Assembly (NCBI GenBank): GCA_964057225.1
Contig: OZ059898.1
Location: 1,736,001 to 1,800,000 of the forward strand
DNA from: Auanema rhodensis
Taxonomy: Eukaryota > Animalia > Nematoda
Reading direction: 5' to 3'
DNA length: 64,000 bases
Shown here: one piece after another, positions 39,801 to 54,500 of the stretch
Numbering within the stretch: the first letter of the stretch is position 1
Layout of the letters: every line of letters begins with the position of its first letter
Position numbers and translations under genes: made by a program
Notes under the pieces: model-generated
The model's input: the letters and a program-made list of their open reading frames with translations, nothing else
Databases searched by the model: none
What the model was told of the DNA's origin: nothing

Positions 39801-42800
39801 AAAAGGAATCTAAAAACATCTACTTTTTGCTAAATTATTTTGAAATTTTTCGAAAAAATTTTTGTCAAAATGTTTATGGAAGCAATGTTGAGTGTACATG
39901 GAAACTCAACATACACTAATGCATCATTTTTCAAACGATCATAACTAATTTTTGTATTAAGCGTTTCTCAATGTAGTATAGTGCATTCGATGCGGATTTT
40001 TAAGCTGCGTCGATCTGTGTTATCAGATTTGCGCTAGCTTAAAAATGCACCGAGATATCAACTGATATAAGTTCACACTTATATCCTCGATTTTGACCCT
40101 GAAGAATTAATTTTTTCGTTGAATAACATTGTCCATCGTCTTTGCCTTGAAAAAAGGAATCTAAAAACATCTACTTTTTGCTAAATTATTTTGAAATTTT
40201 TCGAAAAAATTTTTGTCAAAATGTTTTTGGAAGCAATGTTGAGTGTACATGGAAACTCAACATACACTAATGCATCATTTTTCAAACGATCATAACTAAA
40301 TTTTGTATTAAGCGTTTCTCAATGTAGTATAGTGCATTCGATGCGGATTTTTAAGCTGCGTCGATCTGTGTTATCAGATTTGCGCTAGCTTAAAAATGCA
40401 CCGAGATATCAACTGATATAAGTTCACACTTATATCCTCGATTTTGACCCTGAAGAATTAATTTTTTCGTTGAATAACATTGTCCATCGTCTTTGCCTTG
40501 AAAAAAGGAATCTAAAAACATCTACTTTTTGCTAAATTATTTTGAAATTTTTCGAAAAAATTTTTGTCAAAATGTTTTTGGAAGCAATGTTGAGTGTACA
40601 TGGAAACTCAACATACACTAATGCATCATTTTTCAAACGATCATAACTAATTTTTGTATTAAGCGTTTCTCAATGTAGTATAGTGCATTCGATGCGGATT
40701 TTTAAGCTGCGTCGATCTGTGTTATCAGATTTGCGCTAGCTTAAAAATGCACCGAGATATCAACTGATATAAGTTCACACTTATATCCTCGATTTTGACC
40801 CTGAAGAATTAATTTTTTCGTTGAATAACATTGTCCATCGTCTTTGCCTTGAAAAAAGGAATCTAAAAACATCTACTTTTTGCTAAATTATTTTGAAATT
40901 TTTCGAAAAAATTTTTGTCAAAATGTTTTTGGAAGCAATGTTGAGTGTACATGGAAACTCAACATACACTAATGCATCATTTTTCAAACGATCATAACTA
41001 ATTTTTGTATTAAGCGTTTCTCAATGTAGTATAGTGCATTCGATGCGGATTTTTAAGCTGCGTCGATCTGTGTTATCAGATTTGCGCTAGCTTAAAAATG
41101 CACCGAGATATCAACTGATATAAGTTCACACTTATATCCTCGATTTTGACCCTGAAGAATTAATTTTTTCGTTGAATAACATTGTCCATCGTCTTTGCCT
41201 TGAAAAAAGGAATCTAAAAACATCTACTTTTTGCTAAATTATTTTGAAATTTTTCGAAAAAATTTTTGTCAAAATGTTTTTGGAAGCAATGTTGAGTGTA
41301 CATGGAAACTCAACATACACTAATGCATCATTTTTCAAACGATCATAACTAATTTTTGTATTAAGCGTTTCTCAATGTAGTATAGTGCATTCGATGCGGA
41401 TTTTTAAGCTGCGTCGATCTGTGTTATCAGATTTGCGCTAGCTTAAAAATGCACCGAGATATCAACTGATATAAGTTCACACTTATATCCTCGATTTTGA
41501 CCCTGAAGAATTAATTTTTTCGTTGAATAACATTGTCCATCGTCTTTGCCTTGAAAAAAGGAATCTAAAAACATCTACTTTTTGCTAAATTATTTTGAAA
41601 TTTTTCGAAAAAATTTTTGTCAAAATGTTTTTGGAAGCAATGTTGAGTGTACATGGAAACTCAACATACACTAATGCATCATTTTTCAAACGATCATAAC
41701 TAATTTTTGTATTAAGCGTTTCTCAATGTAGTATAGTGCATTCGATGCGGATTTTTAAGCTGCGTCGATCTGTGTTATCAGATTTGCGCTAGCTTAAAAA
41801 TGCACCGAGATATCAACTGATATAAGTTCACACTTATATCCTCGATTTTCACCCTGAAGAATTAATTTTTTCGTTGAATAACATCGTCCATCGTCTTTGC
41901 CTTGAAAAAAGGAATCTAAAAACATCTACTTTTTGCTAAATTATTTTGAAATTTTTCGAAAAAATTTTTGTCAAAATGTTTTTGGAAGCAATGTTGAGTG
42001 TACATGGAAACTCAACATACACTAATGCATCATTTTTCAAACGATCATAACTAATTTTTGTATTAAGCGTTTCTCAATGTAGTATAGTGCATTCGATGCG
42101 GATTTTTAAGCTGCGTCGATCTGTGTTATCAGATTTGCGCTAGCTTAAAAATGCACGGAGATATCAACTGATATAAGTTCACACTTATATCCTCGATTTT
42201 CACCCTGAAGAATTAATTTTTTTGTTGAATAACATTGTCCATCGTCTTTGCCTTGAAAAAAGGAATCTAAAAACATCTACTTTTTGCTAAATTATTTTGA
42301 AATTTTTTGAAAAAATTTTTGTCAAAATGTTTTTGGAAGCAATGTTGAGTGTACATGGAAACTCAACATACACTAATGCATCATTTTTCAAACGATCATA
42401 ACTAATTTTTGTATTAAGCGTTTCTCAATGTAGCATAGTGCATTCGATGCAGATTTTTAAGCTGCGTCGATCTGTGTTATCAGATTTGCGCTAGCTTAAA
42501 AATGCACCGAGATATCAACTGATATAAGTTCACACTTATATCCTCGATTTTCACCCTGAAGAATTAATTTTTTTGTTGAATAACATTGTCCATCGTCTTT
42601 GCCTTGAAAAAAGGAATCTAAAAACATCTACTTTTTGCTAAATTATTCTGAAATTTTTCGAAAAAATTTTTGTCAAAATGTTTTTGGAAGCAATGTTGAG
42701 TGTACATGGAAACTCAACATACACTAATGCATCATTTTTCAAACGATCATAACTAATTTTTGTATTAAGCGTTTCTCAATGTAGTATAGTGCATTCGATG

Positions 42801-45800
42801 CGGATTTTTAAGCTGCGTCGATCTGTGTTATCAGATTTGCGCTAGCTTAAAAATGCACCGAGATATCAACTGATATAAGTTCACACTTATATCCTCGATT
42901 TTCACCCTGAAGAATTAATTTTTTTGTTGAATAACATTGTCCATCGTCTTTGCCTTGAAAAAAGGAATCTAAAAACATCTACTTTTTGCTAAATTATTTT
43001 GAAATTTTTTGAAAAAATTTTTGTCAAAATGTTTTTGGAAGCAATGTTGAGTGTACATGGAAACTCAACATACACTAATGCATCATTTTTCAAACGATCA
43101 TAACTAATTTTTGTATTAAGCGTTTCTCAATGTAGTATAGTGCATTCGATGCGGATTTTTAAGCTGCGTCGATCTGTGTTATCAGATTTGCGCTAGCTTA
43201 AAAATGCACCGAGATATCAACTGATATAAGTTCACACTTATATCCTCGATTTTCACCCTGAAGAATTAATTTTTTCGTTGAATAACATTGTCCATCGTCT
43301 TTGCCTTGAAAAAAGGAATCTAAAAACATCTACTTTTTGCTAAATTATTTTGAAATTTTTCGAAAAAATTTTTGTCAAAATGTTTTTGGAAGCAATGTTG
43401 AGTGTACATGGAAACTCAACATACACTAATGCATCATTTTTCAAACGATCATAACTAATTTTTGTATTGAGCGTTTCTCAATGTAGTATAGTGCATTCGA
43501 TGCGGATTTTTAAGCTGCGTCGATCTGTGTTATCAGATTTGCGCTAGCTTAAAAATGCACCGAGATATCAACTGATATAAGTTCACACTTATATCCTCGA
43601 TTTTCACCCTGAAGATTTAATTTTTTCGTTGAATAACATTGTCCATCGTCTTTGCCTTGAAAAAAGGAATCTAAAAACATCTACTTTTTGCTAAATTATT
43701 TTGAAATTTTTCGAAAAAATTTTTGTCAAAATGTTTTTGGAAGCAATGTTGAGTGTACATGGAAACTCAACATACACTAATGCATCATTTTTCAAACGAT
43801 CATAACTAATTTTTGTATTGAGCGTTTCTCAATGTAGTATAGTGCATTCGATGCGGATTTTTAAGCTGCGTCGATCTGTGTTATCAGATTTGCGCTAGCT
43901 TAAAAATGCACGGAGATATCAACTGATATAAGTTCACACTTATATCCTCGATTTTCACCCTGAAGATTTAATTTTTTCGTTGAATAACATTGTCCATCGT
44001 CTTTGCCTTGAAAAAAGGAATCTAAAAACATCTACTTTTTGCTAAATTATTTTGAAATTTTTCGAAAAAATTTTTGTCAAAATGTTTTTGGAAGCAATGT
44101 TGAGTGTACATGGAAACTCAACATACACTAATGCATCATTTTTCAAACGATCATAACTAATTTTTGTATTAAGCGTTTCTCAATGTAGTATAGTGCATTC
44201 GATGCGGATTTTTAAGCTGCGTCGATCTGTGTTATCAGATTTGCGCTAGCTTAAAAATGCACCGAGATATCAACTGATATAAGTTCACACTTATATCCTC
44301 GATTTTGACCCTGAAGAATTAATTTTTTCGTTGAATAACATTGTCCATCGTCTTTGCCTTGAAAAAAGGAATCTAAAAACATCTACTTTTTGCTAAATTA
44401 TTTTGAAATTTTTCGAAAAAATTTTTGTCAAAATGTTTTTGGAAGCAATGTTGAGTGTACATGGAAACTCAACATACACTAATGCATCATTTTTCAAACG
44501 ATCATAACTAATTTTTGTATTAAGCGTTTCTCAATGTAGTATAGTGCATTCGATGCGGATTTTTAAGCTGCGTCGATCTGTGTTATCAGATTTGCGCTAG
44601 CTTAAAAATGCACCGAGATATCAACTGATATAAGTTCACACTTATATCCTCGATTTTCACCCTAAAGAATTAATTTTTTCGTTGAATAACATTGTCCATC
44701 GTCTTTGCCTTGAAAAAAGGAATCTAAAAACATCTACTTTTTGCTAAATTATTTTGAAATTTTTCGAAAAAATTTTTGTCAAAATGTTTTTGGAAGCAAT
44801 GTTGAGTGTACATGGAAACTCAACATACACTAATGCATCATTTTTCAAACGATCATAACTAATTTTTGTATTAAGCGTTTCTCAATGTAGTATAGTGCAT
44901 TCGATGCGGATTTTTAAGCTGCGTCGATCTGTGTTATCAGATTTGCGCTAGCTTAAAAATGCACCGAGATATCAACTGATATAAGTTCACACTTATATCC
45001 TCGATTTTCACCCTGAAGAATTAATTTTTTCGTTGAATAACATTGTCCATCGTCTTTGCCTTGAAAAAAGGAATCTAAAAACATCTACTTTTTGCTAAAT
45101 TATTTTGAAATTTTTCGAAAAAATTTTTGTCAAAATGTTTTTGGAAGCAATGTTGAGTGTACATGGAAACTCAACATACACTAATGCATCATTTTTCAAA
45201 CGATCATAACTAATTTTTGTATTAAGCGTTTCTCAATGTAGTATAGTGCATTCGATGCGGATTTTTAAGCTGCGTCGATCTGTGTTATCAGATTTGCGCT
45301 AGCTTAAAAATGCACCGAGATATCAACTGATATAAGTTCACACTTATATCCTCGATTTTGACCCTGAAGAATTAATTTTTTCGTTGAATAACATTGTCCA
45401 TCGTCTTTGCCTTGAAAAAAGGAATCTAAAAACATCTACTTTTTGCTAAATTATTTTGAAATTTTTCGAAAAAATTTTTGTCAAAATGTTTATGGAAGCA
45501 ATGTTGAGTGTACATGGAAACTCAACATACACTAATGCATCATTTTTCAAACGATCATAACTAATTTTTGTATTAAGCGTTTCTCAATGTAGTATAGTGC
45601 ATTCGATGCGGATTTTTAAGCTGCGTCGATCTGTGTTATCAGATTTGCGCTAGCTTAAAAATGCACCGAGATATCAACTGATATAAGTTCACACTTATAT
45701 CCTCGATTTTGACCCTGAAGAATTAATTTTTTCGTTGAATAACATTGTCCATCGTCTTTGCCTTGAAAAAAGGAATCTAAAAACATCTACTTTTTGCTAA

Positions 45801-48789
45801 ATTATTTTGAAATTTTTCGAAAAAATTTTTGTCAAAATGTTTTTGGAAGCAATGTTGAGTGTACATGGAAACTCAACATACACTAATGCATCATTTTTCA
45901 AACGATCATAACTAAATTTTGTATTAAGCGTTTCTCAATGTAGTATAGTGCATTCGATGCGGATTTTTAAGCTGCGTCGATCTGTGTTATCAGATTTGCG
46001 CTAGCTTAAAAATGCACCGAGATATCAACTGATATAAGTTCACACTTATATCCTCGATTTTGACCCTGAAGAATTAATTTTTTCGTTGAATAACATTGTC
46101 CATCGTCTTTGCCTTGAAAAAAGGAATCTAAAAACATCTACTTTTTGCTAAATTATTTTGAAATTTTTCGAAAAAATTTTTGTCAAAATGTTTTTGGAAG
46201 CAATGTTGAGTGTACATGGAAACTCAACATACACTAATGCATCATTTTTCAAACGATCATAACTAATTTTTGTATTAAGCGTTTCTCAATGTAGTATAGT
46301 GCATTCGATGCGGATTTTTAAGCTGCGTCGATCTGTGTTATCAGATTTGCGCTAGCTTAAAAATGCACCGAGATATCAACTGATATAAGTTCACACTTAT
46401 ATCCTCGATTTTGACCCTGAAGAATTAATTTTTTCGTTGAATAACATTGTCCATCGTCTTTGCCTTGAAAAAAGGAATCTAAAAACATCTACTTTTTGCT
46501 AAATTATTTTGAAATTTTTCGAAAAAATTTTTGTCAAAATGTTTTTGGAAGCAATGTTGAGTGTACATGGAAACTCAACATACACTAATGCATCATTTTT
46601 CAAACGATCATAACTAATTTTTGTATTAAGCGTTTCTCAATGTAGTATAGTGCATTCGATGCGGATTTTTAAGCTGCGTCGATCTGTGTTATCAGATTTG
46701 CGCTAGCTTAAAAATGCACCGAGATATCAACTGATATAAGTTCACACTTATATCCTCGATTTTGACCCTGAAGAATTAATTTTTTCGTTGAATAACATTG
46801 TCCATCGTCTTTGCCTTGAAAAAAGGAATCTAAAAACATCTACTTTTTGCTAAATTATTTTGAAATTTTTCGAAAAAATTTTTGTCAAAATGTTTTTGGA
46901 AGCAATGTTGAGTGTACATGGAAACTCAACATACACTAATGCATCATTTTTCAAACGATCATAACTAATTTTTGTATTAAGCGTTTCTCAATGTAGTATA
47001 GTGCATTCGATGCGGATTTTTAAGCTGCGTCGATCTGTGTTATCAGATTTGCGCTAGCTTAAAAATGCACCGAGATATCAACTGATATAAGTTCACACTT
47101 ATATCCTCGATTTTGACCCTGAAGAATTAATTTTTTCGTTGAATAACATTGTCCATCGTCTTTGCCTTGAAAAAAGGAATCTAAAAACATCTACTTTTTG
47201 CTAAATTATTTTGAAATTTTTCGAAAAAATTTTTGTCAAAATGTTTTTGGAAGCAATGTTGAGTGTACATGGAAACTCAACATACACTAATGCATCATTT
47301 TTCAAACGATCATAACTAATTTTTGTATTAAGCGTTTCTCAATGTAGTATAGTGCATTCGATGCGGATTTTTAAGCTGCGTCGATCTGTGTTATCAGATT
47401 TGCGCTAGCTTAAAAATGCACCGAGATATCAACTGATATAAGTTCACACTTATATCCTCGATTTTCACCCTGAAGAATTAATTTTTTCGTTGAATAACAT
47501 TGTCCATCGTCTTTGCCTTGAAAAAAGGAATCTAAAAACATCTACTTTTTGCTAAATTATTTTGAAATTTTTCGAAAAAATTTTTGTCAAAATGTTTTTG
47601 GAAGCAATGTTGAGTGTACATGGAAACTCAACATACACTAATGCATCATTTTTCAAACGATCATAACTAATTTTTGTATTAAGCGTTTCTCAATGTAGTA
47701 TAGTGCATTCGATGCGGATTTTTAAGCTGCGTCGATCTGTGTTATCAGATTTGCGCTAGCTTAAAAATGCACGGAGATATCAACTGATATAAGTTCACAC
47801 TTATATCCTCGATTTTCACCCTGAAGAATTAATTTTTTTGTTGAATAACATTGTCCATCGTCTTTGCCTTGAAAAAAGGAATCTAAAAACATCTACTTTT
47901 TGCTAAATTATTTTGAAATTTTTTGAAAAAATTTTTGTCAAAATGTTTTTGGAAGCAATGTTGAGTGTACATGGAAACTCAACATACACTAATGCATCAT
48001 TTTTCAAACGATCATAACTAATTTTTGTATTAAGCGTTTCTCAATGTAGCATAGTGCATTCGATGCAGATTTTTAAGCTGCGTCGATCTGTGTTATCAGA
48101 TTTGCGCTAGCTTAAAAATGCACCGAGATATCAACTGATATAAGTTCACACTTATATCCTCGATTTTCACCCTGAAGAATTAATTTTTTTGTTGAATAAC
48201 ATTGTCCATCGTCTTTGCCTTGAAAAAAGGAATCTAAAAACATCTACTTTTTGCTAAATTATTCTGAAATTTTTCGAAAAAATTTTTGTCAAAATGTTTT
48301 TGGAAGCAATGTTGAGTGTACATGGAAACTCAACATACACTAATGCATCATTTTTCAAACGATCATAACTAATTTTTGTATTAAGCGTTTCTCAATGTAG
48401 TATAGTGCATTCGATGCGGATTTTTAAGCTGCGTCGATCTGTGTTATCAGATTTGCGCTAGCTTAAAAATGCACCGAGATATCAACTGATATAAGTTCAC
48501 ACTTATATCCTCGATTTTCACCCTGAAGAATTAATTTTTTTGTTGAATAACATTGTCCATCGTCTTTGCCTTGAAAAAAGGAATCTAAAAACATCTACTT
48601 TTTGCTAAATTATTTTGAAATTTTTTGAAAAAATTTTTGTCAAAATGTTTTTGGAAGCAATGTTGAGTGTACATGGAAACTCAACATACACTAATGCATC
48701 ATTTTTCAAACGATCATAACTAATTTTTGTATTAAGCGTTTCTCAATGTAGCATAGTGCATTCGATGCAGATTTTTAAGCTGCGTCGAT
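36856..48789 (+). repeat. Higher-order tandem duplication, 16 monomers (5616 bp) x2, first copy expanded by an internal 2-mer duplication
   Basis: Ordered SNPs (p296G, p92T, p87A, p213A, p286A, p37G/p314C/p331A, p177C) in M106-123 recur in M124-139. Confidence 0.88.
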
Positions 48790-51597
48790 CTGTGTTATCA
48801 GATTTGCGCTAGCTTAAAAATGCACCGAGATATCAACTGATATAAGTTCACACTTATATCCTCGATTTTCACCCTGAAGAATTAATTTTTTTGTTGAATA
48901 ACATTGTCCATCGTCTTTGCCTTGAAAAAAGGAATCTAAAAACATCTACTTTTTGCTAAATTATTCTGAAATTTTTCGAAAAAATTTTTGTCAAAATGTT
49001 TTTGGAAGCAATGTTGAGTGTACATGGAAACTCAACATACACTAATGCATCATTTTTCAAACGATCATAACTAATTTTTGTATTAAGCGTTTCTCAATGT
49101 AGTATAGTGCATTCGATGCGGATTTTTAAGCTGCGTCGATCTGTGTTATCAGATTTGCGCTAGCTTAAAAATGCACCGAGATATCAACTGATATAAGTTC
49201 ACACTTATATCCTCGATTTTCACCCTGAAGAATTAATTTTTTTGTTGAATAACATTGTCCATCGTCTTTGCCTTGAAAAAAGGAATCTAAAAACATCTAC
49301 TTTTTGCTAAATTATTTTGAAATTTTTCGAAAAAATTTTTGTCAAAATGTTTTTGGAAGCAATGTTGAGTGTACATGGAAACTCAACATACACTAATGCA
49401 TCATTTTTCAAACGATCATAACTAATTTTTGTATTAAGCGTTTCTCAATGTAGTATAGTGCATTCGATGCGGATTTTTAAGCTGCGTCGATCTGTGTTAT
49501 CAGATTTGCGCTAGCTTAAAAATGCACCGAGATATCAACTGATATAAGTTCACACTTATATCCTCGATTTTGACCCTGAAGAATTAATTTTTTCGTTGAA
49601 TAACATTGTCCATCGTCTTTGCCTTGAAAAAAGGAATCTAAAAACATCTACTTTTTGCTAAATTATTTTGAAATTTTTCGAAAAAATTTTTGTCAAAATG
49701 TTTTTGGAAGCAATGTTGAGTGTACATGGAAACTCAACATACACTAATGCATCATTTTTCAAACGATCATAACTAATTTTTGTGTTAAGCGTTTCTCAAT
49801 GTAGTATAGTGCATTCGATGCGGATTTTTAAGCTGCGTCGATCTGTGTTATCAGATTTGCGCTAGCTTAAAAATGCACCGAGATATCAACTGATATAAGT
49901 TCACACTTATATCCTCGATTTTGACCCTGAAGAATTAATTTTTTCGTTGAATAACATTGTCCATCGTCTTTGCCTTGAAAAAAGGAATCTAAAAACATCT
50001 ACTTTTTGCTAAATTATTTTGAAATTTTTCGAAAAAATTTTTGTCAAAATGTTTTTGGAAGCAATGTTGAGTGTACATGGAAACTCAACATACACTAATG
50101 CATCATTTTTCAAACGATCATAACTAAATTTTGTATTAAGCGTTTCTCAATGTAGTATAGTGCATTCGATGCGGATTTTTAAGCTGCGTCGATCTGTGTT
50201 ATCAGATTTGCGCTAGCTTAAAAATGCACCGAGATATCAACTGATATAAGTTCACACTTATATCCTCGATTTTGACCCTGAAGAATTAATTTTTTCGTTG
50301 AATAACATTGTCCATCGTCTTTGCCTTGAAAAAAGGAATCTAAAAACATCTACTTTTTGCTAAATTATTTTGAAATTTTTCGAAAAAATTTTTGTCAAAA
50401 TGTTTTTGGAAGCAATGTTGAGTGTACATGGAAACTCAACATACACTAATGCATCATTTTTCAAACGATCATAACTAATTTTTGTATTAAGCGTTTCTCA
50501 ATGTAGTATAGTGCATTCGATGCGGATTTTTAAGCTGCGTCGATCTGTGTTATCAGATTTGCGCTAGCTTAAAAATGCACCGAGATATCAACTGATATAA
50601 GTTCACACTTATATCCTCGATTTTGACCCTGAAGAATTAATTTTTTCGTTGAATAACATTGTCCATCGTCTTTGCCTTGAAAAAAGGAATCTAAAAACAT
50701 CTACTTTTTGCTAAATTATTTTGAAATTTTTCGAAAAAATTTTTGTCAAAATGTTTTTGGAAGCAATGTTGAGTGTACATGGAAACTCAACATACACTAA
50801 TGCATCATTTTTCAAACGATCATAACTAATTTTTGTATTAAGCGTTTCTCAATGTAGTATAGTGCATTCGATGCGGATTTTTAAGCTGCGTCGATCTGTG
50901 TTATCAGATTTGCGCTAGCTTAAAAATGCACCGAGATATCAACTGATATAAGTTCACACTTATATCCTCGATTTTGACCCTGAAGAATTAATTTTTTCGT
51001 TCAATAACATTGTCCATCGTCTTTGCCTTGAAAAAAGGAATCTAAAAACATCTACTTTTTGCTAAATTATTTTGAAATTTTTCGAAAAAATTTTTGTCAA
51101 AATGTTTTTGGAAGCAATGTTGAGTGTACATGGAAACTCAACATACACTAATGCATCATTTTTCAAACGATCATAACTAATTTTTGTATTAAGCGTTTCT
51201 CAATGTAGTATAGTGCATTCGATGCGGATTTTTAAGCTGCGTCGATCTGTGTTATCAGATTTGCGCTAGCTTAAAAATGCACCGAGATATCAACTGATAT
51301 AAGTTCACACTTATATCCTCGATTTTGACCCTGAAGAATTAATTTTTTCGTTCAATAACATTGTCCATCGTCTTTGCCTTGAAAAAAGGAATCTAAAAAC
51401 ATCTACTTTTTGCTAAATTATTTTGAAAATTTTCGAAAAAATTTTTGTCAAAATGTTTTTGGAAGCAATGTTGAGTGTACATGGAAACTCAACATACACT
51501 AATGCATCATTTTTCAAACGATCATAACTAATTTTTGTATTAAGCGTTTCTCAATGTAGTATAGTGCATTCGATGCGGATTTTTAAGCTGCGTCGAT

Positions 51598-54500
51598 CTG
51601 TGTTATCAGATTTGCGCTAGCTTAAAAATGCACCGAGATATCAACTGATATAAGTTCACACTTATATCCTCGATTTTGACCCTGAAGAATTAATTTTTTC
51701 GTTGAATAACATTGTCCATCGTCTTTGCCTTGAAAAAAGGAATCTAAAAACATCTACTTTTTGCTAAATTATTTTGAAATTTTTTGAAAAAATTTTTGTC
51801 AAAATGTTTTTGGAAGCAATGTTGAGTGTACATGGAAACTCAACATACACTAATGCATCATTTTTCAAACGATCATAACTAATTTTTGTATTAAGCGTTT
51901 CTCAATGTAGCATAGTGCATTCGATGCAGATTTTTAAGCTGCGTCGATCTGTGTTATCAGATTTGCGCTAGCTTAAAAATGCACCGAGATATCAACTGAT
52001 ATAAGTTCACACTTATATCCTCGATTTTCACCCTGAAGAATTAATTTTTTTGTTGAATAACATTGTCCATCGTCTTTGCCTTGAAAAAAGGAATCTTAAA
52101 ACATCTACTTTTTGCTAAATTATTCTGAAATTTTTCGAAAAAATTTTTGTCAAAATGTTTTTGGAAGCAATGTTGAGTGTACATGGAAACTCAACATACA
52201 CTAATGCATCATTTTTCAAACGATCATAACTAATTTTTGTATTAAGCGTTTCTCAATGTAGTATAGTGCATTCGATGCGGATTTTTAAGCTGCGTCGATC
52301 TGTGTTATCAGATTTGCGCTAGCTTAAAAATGCACCGAGATATCAACTGATATAAGTTCACACTTATATCCTCGATTTTCACCCTGAAGAATTAATTTTT
52401 TTGTTGAATAACATTGTCCATCGTCTTTGCCTTGAAAAAAGGAATCTAAAAACATCTACTTTTTGCTAAATTATTTTGAAATTTTTCGAAAAAATTTTTG
52501 TCAAAATGTTTTTGGAAGCAATGTTGAGTGTACATGGAAACTCAACATACACTAATGCATCATTTTTCAAACGATCATAACTAATTTTTGTATTAAGCGT
52601 TTCTCAATGTAGTATAGTGCATTCGATGCGGATTTTTAAGCTGCGTCGACCTGTGTTATCAGATTTGCGCTAGCTTAAAAATGCACCGAGATATCAACTG
52701 ATATAAGTTCACACTTATATCCTCGATTTTGACCCTGAAGAATTAATTTTTTCGTTGAATAACATTGTCCATCGTCTTTGCCTTGAAAAAAGGAATCTAA
52801 AAACATCTACTTTTTGCTAAATTATTTTGAAATTTTTTGAAAAAATTTTTGTCAAAATGTTTTTGGAAGCAATGTTGAGTGTACATGGAAACTCAACATA
52901 CACTAATGCATCATTTTTCAAACGATCATAACTAATTTTTGTATTAAGCGTTTCTCAATGTAGCATAGTGCATTCGATGCAGATTTTTAAGCTGCGTCGA
53001 TCTGTGTTATCAGATTTGCGCTAGCTTAAAAATGCACCGAGATATCAACTGATATAAGTTCACACTTATATCCTCGATTTTCACCCTGAAGAATTAATTT
53101 TTTTGTTGAATAACATTGTCCATCGTCTTTGCCTTGAAAAAAGAAATCTAAAAACATCTACTTTTTGCTAAATTATTCTGAAATTTTTCGAAAAAATTTT
53201 TGTCAAAATGTTTTTGGAAGCAATGTTGAGTGTACATGGAAACTCAACATACACTAATGCATCATTTTTCAAACGATCATAACTAATTTTTGTATTAAGC
53301 GTTTCTCAATGTAGTATAGTGCATTCGATGCGGATTTTTAAGCTGCGTCGATCTGTGTTATCAGATTTGCGCTAGCTTAAAAATGCACCGAGATATCAAC
53401 TGATATAAGTTCACACTTATATCCTCGATTTTCACCCTGAAGAATTAATTTTTTTGTTGAATAACATTGTCCATCGTCTTTGCCTTGAAAAAAGGAATCT
53501 AAAAACATCTACTTTTTGCTAAATTATTTTGAAATTTTTCGAAAAAATTTTTGTCAAAATGTTTTTGGAAGCAATGTTGAATGTACATGGAAACTCAACA
53601 TACACTAATGCATCATTTTTCAAACGATCATAACTAATTTTTGTATTAAGCGTTTCTCAATGTAGTATAGTGCATTCGATGCGGATTTTTAAGCTGCGTC
53701 GATCTGTGTTATCAGATTTGCGCTAGCTTAAAAATGCACCGAGATATCAACTGATATAAGTTCACACTTATATCCTCGATTTTGACCCTGAAGAATTAAT
53801 TTTTTCGTTGAATAACATTGTCCATCGTCTTTGCCTTGAAAAAAGGAATCTAAAAACATCTACTTTTTGCTAAATTATTTTGAAATTTTTTGAAAAAATT
53901 TTTGTCAAAATGTTTTTGGAAGCAATGTTGAGTGTACATGGAAACTCAACATACACTAATGCATCATTTTTCAAACGATCATAACTAATTTTTGTATTAA
54001 GCGTTTCTCAATGTAGCATAGTGCATTCGATGCAGATTTTTAAGCTGCGTCGATCTGTGTTATCAGATTTGCGCTAGCTTAAAAATGCACCGAGATATCA
54101 ACTGATATAAGTTCACACTTATATCCTCGATTTTCACCCTGAAGAATTAATTTTTTTGTTGAATAACATTGTCCATCGTCTTTGCCTTGAAAAAAGGAAT
54201 CTTAAAACATCTACTTTTTGCTAAATTATTCTGAAATTTTTCGAAAAAATTTTTGTCAAAATGTTTTTGGAAGCAATGTTGAGTGTACATGGAAACTCAA
54301 CATACACTAATGCATCATTTTTCAAACGATCATAACTAATTTTTGTATTAAGCGTTTCTCAATGTAGTATAGTGCATTCGATGCGGATTTTTAAGCTGCG
54401 TCGATCTGTGTTATCAGATTTGCGCTAGCTTAAAAATGCACCGAGATATCAACTGATATAAGTTCACACTTATATCCTCGATTTTCACCCTGAAGAATTA

